Assembly (NCBI GenBank): GCA_038205935.1
Contig: JBBRBK010000023.1
Coordinates: forward strand, 1-27,795
Length of the DNA: 27,795 nucleotides
Reading direction: 5' to 3'
Source of the DNA: Campylobacterales bacterium
Lineage (GTDB): Bacteria; Campylobacterota; Campylobacteria; Campylobacterales; Sulfurimonadaceae
Shown here: positions 19,691-27,795 of the stretch, one piece after another
Layout of the letters: every line of letters starts with the position of its first letter
Position numbering within the stretch: position 1 is the stretch's first letter
Notes under the pieces: generated by a model
What the model saw: the letters and a program-made list of their open reading frames with translations, nothing else
Databases searched by the model: none
What the model was told of the DNA's origin: nothing
Made by a program: the position numbers and the translations under genes

Positions 19691-20743
19691 TTACTCGTTT
19701 GAAATTAATGCATAGCTAATATCAGGATCTTTATGCGCTTTTTCCATAGATTGAAGGGCATTTACGACAATCTCTTCGGTTGTTAATGTGATTGAGACTG
19801 GAGCAATGCCGATGGAAACGCTTAGTTCTATCTCTTTATCTGCTAAGAAAAAGTTACTGTTATGGACGAGTTCAACTAGTCTTTGAGCCGCTTTGATAGA
19901 ACTCTCAGTGTCAGTATGCTTTAAGAGCATACAAAAAACTCCGTTTCCGTAGTGGGCAACTATATCACTTCTTCTGGATGTTTTTAAAAGTAATCTCGCA
20001 ATAGTTCTCGTCATAAGAGAGAGAGCTCTTTCATTGCTTTTATCCTGAGTAAGTTCTTTTGAGAGCTCGATCATAACAAGACTGCTATGATGTTTGAACT
20101 CTTTAATAAGCTGTATCTCCTGAGTAATCTTACTAAGAAGATATCTTTTATTGTAGATCCCATATTTGTTATCAAAAATTGTTTCGTTTTCTACATTTTT
20201 AACGATCGTCGCTGTTTGCTCATATAAAGTCTTGAGATTATCAATCTGTTTTTTTAAGATATCATCTAATTTAGTAAGGTCTGTCTCGAGGGAATTGACA
20301 ACGCTTAATACATTGGACGTATCTTTATTTTGTAACTCATCTTTTCTTTTAATAAGGATTTTCGACATTAAGGCCATATTTTTATAAAGACCTGCGGAAA
20401 CGGTCAGGATGTTTTTGACAGAAACAAAGCCTTGCTTGAGAGTGTGTTCTAACTCTATAGTAGACTCATCATTACTATTTTCTTCGAGTTGAAGAATGGA
20501 CTTTATCTGTTTTCTAAGAGTTTCACTTTTGTCTTCAAGTATTCTGTCAAAATAGAGTGAAAAATTATTTGGTGTTGGAGGGAGACTGTCTTTTAAAAGA
20601 GCGTTTAAAACCTCTTTTGCATACAGCTCCACATCACTGCTTGGATCATTAAAATTACTAGAGCTATTGCCCACTGAAGAAGTACTAGGACTTTCAGAGG
20701 GGATGTTTGTAATATCTCTACGTTTTCTTAATGGTTTAGCCAT
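19691..20743 (-). CDS. Degenerate GGDEF-domain protein with N-terminal helical/coiled-coil region
   Basis: LPPTPNNFSLYF N-terminus, D..YGIYNKRYL, RRSDIVAHYGNGVF (GNGVF where GGDEF is expected), SVSIGIA. Confidence 0.85.
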   Translation of the reverse strand: MAKPLRKRRDITNIPSESPSTSSVGNSSSNFNDPSSDVELYAKEVLNALLKDSLPPTPNNFSLYFDRILEDKSETLRKQIKSILQLEENSNDESTIELEHTLKQGFVSVKNILTVSAGLYKNMALMSKILIKRKDELQNKDTSNVLSVVNSLETDLTKLDDILKKQIDNLKTLYEQTATIVKNVENETIFDNKYGIYNKRYLLSKITQEIQLIKEFKHHSSLVMIELSKELTQDKSNERALSLMTRTIARLLLKTSRRSDIVAHYGNGVFCMLLKHTDTESSIKAAQRLVELVHNSNFFLADKEIELSVSIGIAPVSITLTTEEIVVNALQSMEKAHKDPDISYALISNE

Positions 20744-20752
20744 GATGTTTCT

Positions 20753-21343
20753 TTACTCTTTTTCTTTTTTTATTAATACTTCATCAATGATACCATATTC
20801 TCTAGACTCTTCTGCACTCATGAAGTTATCTCTATCTGTATCTTTTTCAAGTTTTTCGATATCTTGTCCTGTATTTTTTGCAAGTATATCATTGAGTTCC
20901 GCTTTCATGCGAAGAATCTCTTTAGCTTGGATAGCAATATCAGAAGCTTGACCTTGCGCACCGCCTAGAGGTTGGTGGATCATGATTCTTGCATGTGGCA
21001 ATGCGTAACGCTTGCCTTTTGCTCCAGAACTGAGTAAAAATGAACCCATAGAAGCAGCTTGACCAATACAAATAGTTGCAACATCCGGACGGATATAGTT
21101 CATTGTATCAAAGATCGCCATTCCAGAAGTTACTACTCCACCTGGTGAATTGATGTAAAAGTAGATATCTTTTTCAGGATCTTCTGCTTCAAGAAATAAA
21201 AACTGTGCAACAATAGTTGAAGCCACTGCATCATTAACTTCACCGCTAAGCATTACGATACGATCTTTTAAAAGGCGTGAGTAGATATCATAAGAGCGCT
21301 CTCCGCGCCCAGATTTTTCGACTACATAAGGAATATAACTCAT
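20753..21343 (-). CDS. clpP: ATP-dependent Clp protease proteolytic subunit
   Basis: [45 protein letters not shown]. Confidence 0.99.
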   Translation of the reverse strand: MSYIPYVVEKSGRGERSYDIYSRLLKDRIVMLSGEVNDAVASTIVAQFLFLEAEDPEKDIYFYINSPGGVVTSGMAIFDTMNYIRPDVATICIGQAASMGSFLLSSGAKGKRYALPHARIMIHQPLGGAQGQASDIAIQAKEILRMKAELNDILAKNTGQDIEKLEKDTDRDNFMSAEESREYGIIDEVLIKKEKE

Positions 21344-21344
21344 C

Positions 21345-22646
21345 TTATACGTCTTTTATCTTTGAGTTTAAAAGTTTACTCAAAACTTTGTCCTCTACCA
21401 TTGCCATTTGGATAGCTGGAAGATATCCTGAGTTTTGGTAATGATTGTAAGCTTGTTGTGGATCTTGACCCATTTGCATCGCTTCAAAGTAGATAGTTTG
21501 CATAACTTCTTGCTCATTTACAGATATTTTCTCAGCTCTTGCTAGTGCATCGATGATAAAAGTTGCTTTTACGCTATTTGTAGCATCATCACGGAAAGTT
21601 TCGCGAACTTCTGTTACTTTATCAGCATTTTCTCTAAGCTCAGCGATCTCTTCTTCACTCATAGTTTGCGCTTTTTTGTTTAAAGCCATATCCATCTCTT
21701 GTTCTACAACAAATTCAGGGATTGCAAATGCAAGTTTTGCAACGAAATTTTCTAAAAGTTTTGGTTTTAGTTCATCATTATAAAGTTGAGTAAGTTTTTC
21801 ACCCTCGATTTGAATTTTTACTTGCTCTTTGAGTTTATCAAAAGTTGCATCTTCTTCACCTGGAAGCATTTTTTTAGCAAGCTCATCATCAAGTGCTACT
21901 TCTGCTTTTTCTTGGATAGAATTTATTTTGATAGCAAATTCTGTTTCTTTACCTGCAAGTTTATCACTGCCGTAGTTTTCTGGGAAAGTAACTTTGATAG
22001 TTTTTTCTTCATCTTTTTTCAAACCAACAAGTTGTTCTTCAAATCCTGGGATAAATTGACCAGAACCAAGGGAGAGTGAAAAGTTTTCACCTTTTCCACC
22101 ATCAAAAGCAACGCCATCTAAGAAACCTTCGAAGTTGATGTTTGCAGTATCACCAAGAACAAGTGCTCGATCTTCAGTTACATCAACAAGTGCAGCATTT
22201 GAGTCAGCTAAATTTTTGATACGTTCAGTGATCTCTTCATCACTCACTGCTGGTTTTTCAAAATCTTCCACCATTGCAGAGTATTCGCCAAGTTCGATCT
22301 CTGGACGCATAGCGATTTTGATAGCAACTTCGATAGACTCCGCACCTTTTTCAAATTTAGTGATTTGAGGTTCACCCATAAGTGCTTCGTTTGTAACGCC
22401 TAGATCTTTAAGACCTTGAGCCATTGCATCACGTAAACCTTGAGATTCAGCATCTTGCTCAAGTTTTTCACCATACTGCTTTTTCACAGCACTCAAAGGC
22501 ACTTTACCTTTTCTAAAACCAGCTATTTTGGCAGTTTTACTTAGCTCTTTAGCTATTTTTTCTACGTTTGCCTGAATCTCTTCATTAGCAATAGTTGCTT
22601 CTATTGTAGCGTTTGCTGCATCAATTTTTTTAGCGTTGATATTCAT
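21345..22646 (-). CDS. tig: Trigger factor
   Basis: GFRKGKVP ribosome-binding motif, FKBP domain ([29 protein letters not shown]...LAGK); lies upstream of clpP. Confidence 0.97.
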   Translation of the reverse strand: MNINAKKIDAANATIEATIANEEIQANVEKIAKELSKTAKIAGFRKGKVPLSAVKKQYGEKLEQDAESQGLRDAMAQGLKDLGVTNEALMGEPQITKFEKGAESIEVAIKIAMRPEIELGEYSAMVEDFEKPAVSDEEITERIKNLADSNAALVDVTEDRALVLGDTANINFEGFLDGVAFDGGKGENFSLSLGSGQFIPGFEEQLVGLKKDEEKTIKVTFPENYGSDKLAGKETEFAIKINSIQEKAEVALDDELAKKMLPGEEDATFDKLKEQVKIQIEGEKLTQLYNDELKPKLLENFVAKLAFAIPEFVVEQEMDMALNKKAQTMSEEEIAELRENADKVTEVRETFRDDATNSVKATFIIDALARAEKISVNEQEVMQTIYFEAMQMGQDPQQAYNHYQNSGYLPAIQMAMVEDKVLSKLLNSKIKDV

Positions 22647-22726
22647 CAGTTTCCTTTATGTCCGTACAGAGGACTTTATATGTGATAATTTTGGGCAATA
22701 ATACCTAAAAAGTTCTTTAACCTAAA

Positions 22727-23230
22727 TTATTTGCAAAGGCGTGGTTTGAGATTTAAGAGCAGTATCCACACAACAGCCAGATCTATCATAACGTCTGCAA
22801 AGTTGAAAATCGCAAAATTAAATCCGTAATGCCAGTACACATAATCAACTACGCCTCCATGGATAAATCTGTCATAAATATTTGATAAACCAGCTCCGAT
22901 TAAAATGCCAGATGGTAATGCATAGCAAGCTTTATTGAGGCGAATAACATAAACAAAAGCACCTGATATCAGTAAAAACTGTATCCATTTTAAAGAGCTT
23001 TCTAAAAAAGAAAACATAGAAAAGGCGACTCCGTAGTTAAACACAAGGCGCATGTTGACATAGGCTGTCTCATAAAGATCTACAGCGTGCGTATAAAGAA
23101 ACGCTTCGGGAACTCCATACATCTGCATTGCTTTAGAAAGAAAAAACTCTTTAATAGTCTGATCTGCTAAAAAGATCACCGACATAGAAATAACAAGGGT
23201 GAGTATAAGTTTGTAAGAACTATTACGCAT
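22727..23230 (-). CDS. lspA: Lipoprotein signal peptidase II
   Basis: [34 protein letters not shown]; overlaps the glmM stop by 8 bp. Confidence 0.95.
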   Translation of the reverse strand: MRNSSYKLILTLVISMSVIFLADQTIKEFFLSKAMQMYGVPEAFLYTHAVDLYETAYVNMRLVFNYGVAFSMFSFLESSLKWIQFLLISGAFVYVIRLNKACYALPSGILIGAGLSNIYDRFIHGGVVDYVYWHYGFNFAIFNFADVMIDLAVVWILLLNLKPRLCK

Positions 23231-24563
23231 TGAGTTTAGAACCTAAAAAATCGACGATATTTTTCATAGCAACGTTCATTTTTTTCTCATCTTTTGCTTC
23301 AAGTAAGATACGAAGCTTGTTTTCAGTGCCGGAGTATCTTATAAGATGACGAATATGATCTTTATCGAGTTCTGCAAGAATCTCAGAGAGACCTTCTATT
23401 TCTCCTAGTGGTTTCTTCTGCTTTATATTGATATTTACAAGTTCTTGCGGGTAAAGCTCAAATGGGCGCAATACCTTAGAAGCTTGGGATTTTTTTGAGA
23501 TAATGAGTGCTAAAACCTGCAGTGCACTGACAAGTCCATCTCCAGTTTTTGCGTAATCATGCATGATGATATGACCACTTTGCTCCCCACCGAAGTTGAT
23601 ACCTGTTTTTTTCATGATATCTAAAACATTTTTATCCCCGACATCACTTCTATAGAGTTTCAATCCCTCTTTTTCTAGAGTATCTTCTAGGGCTTGATTA
23701 CTCATAACGGTTGCTACAATTCCATCGCCTTTGAGCTTTTTATGTTTATGTAAATACATTCCAAGTGCTCCAAGAAGCTGATCACCATCAACTACTTCGC
23801 CTTTTTCATCGACTATCACAACTCTATCCGCATCGCCATCAAGTGCAATTCCAAGATCGGCTCTGTATTTTTTCACAGCATTGCAAAGATCTTTTGTATG
23901 CAAAGCGCCGCAACCTTCATTGATATTAAAACCATCTGGTTTATCATGAAGCACGATCACTTCAGCACCAAGTTCTTCTAAAACGGTTGGACCAACTTTG
24001 TATCCCGCTCCGTTTGCCGCATCTAAAACGATTCTCATGTCTTGAAGTGTATGTTCTGTAGGGAAAGAGTTTTTGAGTTGAACAATGTAGCGTCCGATAA
24101 CATCATCTATACGCTTTGCTTGACCGATATTTTTTCCAACGACACAAGCTTCTTCTATTTTTGAATCATCATAATAGATAGCTTCAATCTCTTTTTCGAT
24201 CTCTACAGAAAACTTATCTCCGCGTGAATCGAAAAATTTGATTCCATTGTCATCAAAAGGATTATGGGATGCACTGATCATAATACCCGCGTCACAACGC
24301 ATGTTCTGAGTCAAAAAAGCGATGGCAGGAGTTGGCATAGGCCCGATTTGAATGACATCATATCCCACAGACGTGAGTCCGCTTACAATTGCATTTTCTA
24401 TCATATAACCGCTTCTTCTTGTGTCTTTACCCACAAGTATACGTTTTGTTTTTGCATTTTTTTTAAAGTAAACACCTGCAGCTTGAGCTAGTCTCATAGC
24501 AAGTCCAGCTGTTAAAAAGCTCCCAGCTTGTCCTCGTACACCATCAGTTCCAAAAAGTTTCAT
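23223..24563 (-). CDS. glmM: Phosphoglucosamine mutase
   Basis: [44 protein letters not shown]. Confidence 0.97.
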   Translation of the reverse strand: MKLFGTDGVRGQAGSFLTAGLAMRLAQAAGVYFKKNAKTKRILVGKDTRRSGYMIENAIVSGLTSVGYDVIQIGPMPTPAIAFLTQNMRCDAGIMISASHNPFDDNGIKFFDSRGDKFSVEIEKEIEAIYYDDSKIEEACVVGKNIGQAKRIDDVIGRYIVQLKNSFPTEHTLQDMRIVLDAANGAGYKVGPTVLEELGAEVIVLHDKPDGFNINEGCGALHTKDLCNAVKKYRADLGIALDGDADRVVIVDEKGEVVDGDQLLGALGMYLHKHKKLKGDGIVATVMSNQALEDTLEKEGLKLYRSDVGDKNVLDIMKKTGINFGGEQSGHIIMHDYAKTGDGLVSALQVLALIISKKSQASKVLRPFELYPQELVNINIKQKKPLGEIEGLSEILAELDKDHIRHLIRYSGTENKLRILLEAKDEKKMNVAMKNIVDFLGSKLNA

Positions 24564-24590
24564 ACAAAATCCTCTTCAATAAGTGGCAGT

Positions 24591-24599
24591 ATTTTAGCA
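24591..24599 (-). promoter_or_regulatory. Extended -10 promoter (TGnTAAAAT) for glmM-lspA
   Basis: Reverse complement tgctaaaat lies 28 nt upstream of the glmM ATG, with a GAGGA SD between. Confidence 0.5.
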
Positions 24600-24697
24600 T
24601 ATTCAAATAAAAATGACGATTTAGTTTAGCTTTAACTTAAATTTAATTATTTTTAAGCTAGTATTCGACACTAAATTTTATGAGAAGGACTCATTAT

Positions 24698-24958
24698 ATG
24701 GCAAATCATAAGTCATCTTTAAAACGTATTCGCCAAACTATCGTTCGTACAGAGCGTAATCGTTTTTACCGTACACGTCTTAAAAACATTGTTAAAGATG
24801 TTCGTTCTGCAATCGATGCAGGGAACAAAACAGAAGCAGAAGCTGCTTTCAAAGTTGCAAATAAGCAACTTCACACATTTGTAAGCAAAGGTATCTTGAA
24901 AAAAGAAACTGCTGCTAGAAAAGTAAGTCGTCTACATAAAGCTGTAAACGCTCTATAA
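24698..24958 (+). CDS. rpsT: 30S ribosomal protein S20
   Basis: [14 protein letters not shown]...[16 protein letters not shown]. True start is ATG 24698 after the AAGGA SD; the track's 24680 start is too long. Confidence 0.97.
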   Translation: MANHKSSLKRIRQTIVRTERNRFYRTRLKNIVKDVRSAIDAGNKTEAEAAFKVANKQLHTFVSKGILKKETAARKVSRLHKAVNAL

Positions 24959-24969
24959 TCAGGAATTAG

Positions 24970-26037
24970 ATGCTATCAGATAAACTCAATCCGTTTATCA
25001 ACCGCTATAATGAACTAGGCAATTTGCTTAGTTCCCCTGATATCACCTCTGACATCAAAAGGATGACAGACCTCTCCAAAGAACAATCTTCACTCTCAAA
25101 AATCGTTGATAAAGCAAATGAATACAAATCTGTGCTTGCACAAATTAAAGATGCTAAATCTATGCTTGGTGATCCTGAAATGTCAGATATGGCAAAAGAG
25201 GAACTCAAAGAGCTTGAACCTCAAGTAGATGAGATTGAAGAGGCAATAAAACTGCTTTTACTTCCAAAAGATCCAAATGATGATAGAAATACCATCATTG
25301 AGCTTCGTGCTGGAGCTGGTGGAGATGAAGCGGCTATCTTTGTTGGGGATCTTTTTGATGCATATCTTCGTTATGCTGAAAACCGTGGATGGAAAATTGA
25401 GCTTTTAAGCACATCTCCATCAGAATCGGGCGGGTATAAAGAAGTTATCGCACTTATCAAAGGTGAACAGGTTTACAGTCGGTTGAAATATGAAGGCGGT
25501 ACTCACCGAGTACAGCGTGTTCCAGCAACTGAATCTCAGGGACGTGTCCATACATCAGCGATCACTGTTGCCGTTATGGCAGAAGTGGATGATGTTGAAG
25601 TCACCATTAATGAAAACGATTTGAAGATCGACGTTATGCGTTCAAGCGGATGTGGCGGGCAAAGTGTCAACACTACCGATTCAGCCGTTCGTATAACCCA
25701 CTTACCAACAGGTATCGTGGTAACCAATCAAGATCAAAAATCGCAACATAAAAACAAAGAAAAAGCGATGAAAGTTCTTAAAGCGCGTTTGTATGATATG
25801 CAAATGCAAGAACTCCAAGCTAAAGACAGCGAAGCACGCGCAGTACAAGTTGGAACTGGCGATAGAAGTGGACGTATTCGTACATACAACTATCCTCAAA
25901 ACCGTATGTCTGACCACCGTATCACGCTCACACTTTATAGACTCGATGAGATTATGGGTGGAGGTTTACTTGATGAAATCATTGAGCCTCTTATCACGGA
26001 CCATCAGGCTAGAATTGTGGAATCTGCGGGATTATAA
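24970..26037 (+). CDS. prfA: Peptide chain release factor 1
   Basis: [25 protein letters not shown] (PxT motif of RF1), [12 protein letters not shown]. Confidence 0.98.
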   Translation: MLSDKLNPFINRYNELGNLLSSPDITSDIKRMTDLSKEQSSLSKIVDKANEYKSVLAQIKDAKSMLGDPEMSDMAKEELKELEPQVDEIEEAIKLLLLPKDPNDDRNTIIELRAGAGGDEAAIFVGDLFDAYLRYAENRGWKIELLSTSPSESGGYKEVIALIKGEQVYSRLKYEGGTHRVQRVPATESQGRVHTSAITVAVMAEVDDVEVTINENDLKIDVMRSSGCGGQSVNTTDSAVRITHLPTGIVVTNQDQKSQHKNKEKAMKVLKARLYDMQMQELQAKDSEARAVQVGTGDRSGRIRTYNYPQNRMSDHRITLTLYRLDEIMGGGLLDEIIEPLITDHQARIVESAGL

Positions 26038-26050
26038 TCTTCTAAAAACT

Positions 26051-26082
26051 CTTTACATGTAAGCTTTCATTTACATGTAAAG
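26051..26082 (+). terminator. Hairpin built from two TTACATGTAA copies after prfA
   Basis: ctttacatgtaa-gctttcat-ttacatgtaaag, a 12-bp perfect stem 14 nt after the stop. Confidence 0.6.
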
Positions 26083-26127
26083 TGCCCTTTGGGTGTAAAA
26101 CCTCTTTTTAAACGTTAACAACAGTTC

Positions 26128-26136
26128 TGCTACAAT
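26128..26136 (+). promoter_or_regulatory. Extended -10 promoter (TGnTACAAT) for corA
   Basis: tgctacaat lies 16 nt upstream of ATG 26153. Confidence 0.5.
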
Positions 26137-26152
26137 CCTTTCAACTTTAATT

Positions 26153-27205
26153 ATGGAAAAAAATATGACAGAAAAAGTCGGACTCGCTCCGGGAAGCGCG
26201 ATTTATACAGGTTCACGCAGTGTCAGTTATCCACAAATCACTACTATAAAATACAATGTCGATGAAGTTACAATCCAAACATGTAATGATTTTGAATGTG
26301 TCAAAAATGAGTATAATTCTAAAGAATTAGTCGCTCCCACTTGGTTACATGTAGAGCCTATAAGTGATCAAAATGCCATAGCGCAGATTTGTGAGTTTTT
26401 CAATATCCATCCACTTGCAGTTGAAGATATTCTCTCTGTGTCGCATCGACCAATGGCTGAAGAATATGAAGATTATCTTTTTGCAATACTTAAATATGTG
26501 CAGTACACAGAAGATGGCTTGAAATTTTCACAAATCTCTTTCGTACTCAAAGATGATGTTTTGATTTCTTTTGCAGATGAATCTCCACAGAGTTTTGATG
26601 TGATTAAAAAGCGCCTTGAAAAGAAAGATTCAAGAATGAGAAAAGAGGGAAATGAGTATCTCTTTTTTGCGCTTATCGATTATCTTGTAGATCAGTATTT
26701 TATCGCTTTGGAAAAAATTGGCGAAGAGATAGAATCGCTTGAAGATGAGATACTGTATTCGCCGACAAAAGAGAGTATTCAAAAAGTTCATAACCTCAAA
26801 CGTACACTTATAGAACTTAAAAAATCTGTTTGGCCGACACGTGAAGTGATCAATACGATTTTGCAGTCTGAAAATATCAGCCAGCAATATTATATCTATT
26901 TTAAAGATACATATGAGCATATTATCAACATCATTGACGTGATTGAAGGGTATCGTGACAGTGCTTCGAGCTTTTTGGATATTTATCTCTCAACACTGAG
27001 CAATCGCATGAATGAGATTATGAAAACACTCTCAATCATCTCGACTATCTTTATTCCGCTTTCGTTTTTAACAGGATATTTTGGGATGAACTTTCGACAT
27101 GAAACGATTTTAGAGTCAAAAAATGCCTTTGAGTATTCAAACCTTCTTATGCTAGCTATTCCTTTTATCTTGTTAGGATATTTTCGACTTAGAAAATGGT
27201 TTTAA
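26153..27205 (+). CDS. corA: Magnesium/cobalt transporter CorA
   Basis: KVGLAPGS, IHPLAVEDI, MNEIMKTL, IFIPLSFLTGYFGMNF (GMN signature), C-terminal KWF. Confidence 0.95.
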   Translation: MEKNMTEKVGLAPGSAIYTGSRSVSYPQITTIKYNVDEVTIQTCNDFECVKNEYNSKELVAPTWLHVEPISDQNAIAQICEFFNIHPLAVEDILSVSHRPMAEEYEDYLFAILKYVQYTEDGLKFSQISFVLKDDVLISFADESPQSFDVIKKRLEKKDSRMRKEGNEYLFFALIDYLVDQYFIALEKIGEEIESLEDEILYSPTKESIQKVHNLKRTLIELKKSVWPTREVINTILQSENISQQYYIYFKDTYEHIINIIDVIEGYRDSASSFLDIYLSTLSNRMNEIMKTLSIISTIFIPLSFLTGYFGMNFRHETILESKNAFEYSNLLMLAIPFILLGYFRLRKWF

Positions 27206-27795
27206 TCATGTGGGAAAGCCTCTGTCTTCTGCTTTTTGATATGTAGATCTAGTTGAGGAAATGGTATTTCGATCCCATTTTCGTATAAAGTATCATAGAT
27301 CAGGATCAAAAATCGAGATATAGTTCTTTTTGGTCTAAGAATATTATCCCCTTTGATCCATATGAAAAGTTCAAAATCGACACTACTGCTATTGATTTTT
27401 GTCATAACAACTCTAGACATTTTTTCGTTATCTTTGTAAATATCGCTAAAGCCGCTATTTTCGACTGCCCTCATAATGACATCTATCACGACTTGCGGTT
27501 TTGTACCATATGCCACGTCAAAAGGAATCTCAAACCTTTTGATCATATCGTTCATTGTCCAGTTGATTACATTGTTTTCGATAAAGTTTTGATTTGGAAC
27601 GATGACATTGATATTTGCATTTGTGCTGATGATCGTCGAGCGCATTCGTATATCAAGAACACGGCCGCGAAGCGAGTCTGAGAGCTCCACAAAATCACCG
27701 ACTTTCACGCTTCTCTCAAACATCAATATAAGTCCTGAAACAAAGTTGGAGACAATGTTTTGCAAACCAAAACCAATACCTACAGAAAGGGCTCC
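27202..27795 (-). CDS. MscS-family mechanosensitive channel, C-terminal part; the gene starts beyond the window
   Basis: Frame is open to the window edge: GALSVGIGFGLQNIVSNFVSGLILMFER.VKVGD...VPN...NW...GIEIPFPQ. Its stop overlaps the corA stop (TTAA). Confidence 0.93.
   Translation of the reverse strand, partial: GALSVGIGFGLQNIVSNFVSGLILMFERSVKVGDFVELSDSLRGRVLDIRMRSTIISTNANINVIVPNQNFIENNVINWTMNDMIKRFEIPFDVAYGTKPQVVIDVIMRAVENSGFSDIYKDNEKMSRVVMTKINSSSVDFELFIWIKGDNILRPKRTISRFLILIYDTLYENGIEIPFPQLDLHIKKQKTEAFPHD

Larger units (their letters stand above)
4234..26353. repeat. Dispersed highly iterated palindrome TTACATGTAA (core TACATGTA)
   Basis: Exact 10-mers start at 4957, 4980, 6606, 10283, 10468, 13947, 14229, 14604, 17532, 17552, 19099, 26053 and 26071; additional 8-mer cores at 4234, 13360 and 26346. 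Confidence 0.93.

Noticed and set aside
22660..22674. gtcc-gtacaga-ggac mini-hairpin in the tig leader
   Set aside because: Only a 4-bp stem, consistent with chance.
4957..26080. TTACATGTAA pairs as CRISPR repeats or IS terminal repeats
   Set aside because: Units are only 10-12 bp, never more than two in a row, have 8-13 nt between copies, and no cas gene, transposase or target-site duplication is visible.
27202..27765. 187-aa ORF treated as a complete mscS gene
   Set aside because: The TTG at 27765 is an internal Leu of GFGLQN; the frame continues past the window edge.

Overview
AT-rich core-genome window from a Campylobacterota (Epsilonproteobacteria) bacterium, probably Sulfurimonas/Sulfuricurvum-like (inferred from gene order and protein style). 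Gene order: partial NAD-dependent sugar epimerase, RelE/ParE-type toxin-antitoxin pair, LTA-synthase-family sulfatase, msbA, ccoG, a degenerate serine-recombinase-family gene, TPR/LapB-like gene-rnhA-rnc-aroC, thrS-infC, a DUF748/AsmA-like protein, YeiH, comM-def-degenerate GGDEF-clpP-tig, lspA-glmM, rpsT-prfA, corA and a partial MscS-family gene. No rRNA, tRNA, CRISPR array or IS element was seen. The strongest signal not explained by the genes is a highly iterated palindrome, TTACATGTAA: 13 exact copies plus 3 more TACATGTA cores found by eye, against about 0.1 copies of the 10-mer expected by chance. It occurs inside genes (mostly read as Leu-His-Val), as paired hairpins after stop codons, next to a small REP-like GTRYCY-n-GGGTRT hairpin, and on both sides of comM. 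This resembles DNA-uptake sequences (DUS/USS) or cyanobacterial HIP1. Also notable are a serine recombinase lacking its catalytic motifs upstream of ccoG, and a degenerate GGDEF protein with an intact I-site inside the tig-clpP-def-comM operon.
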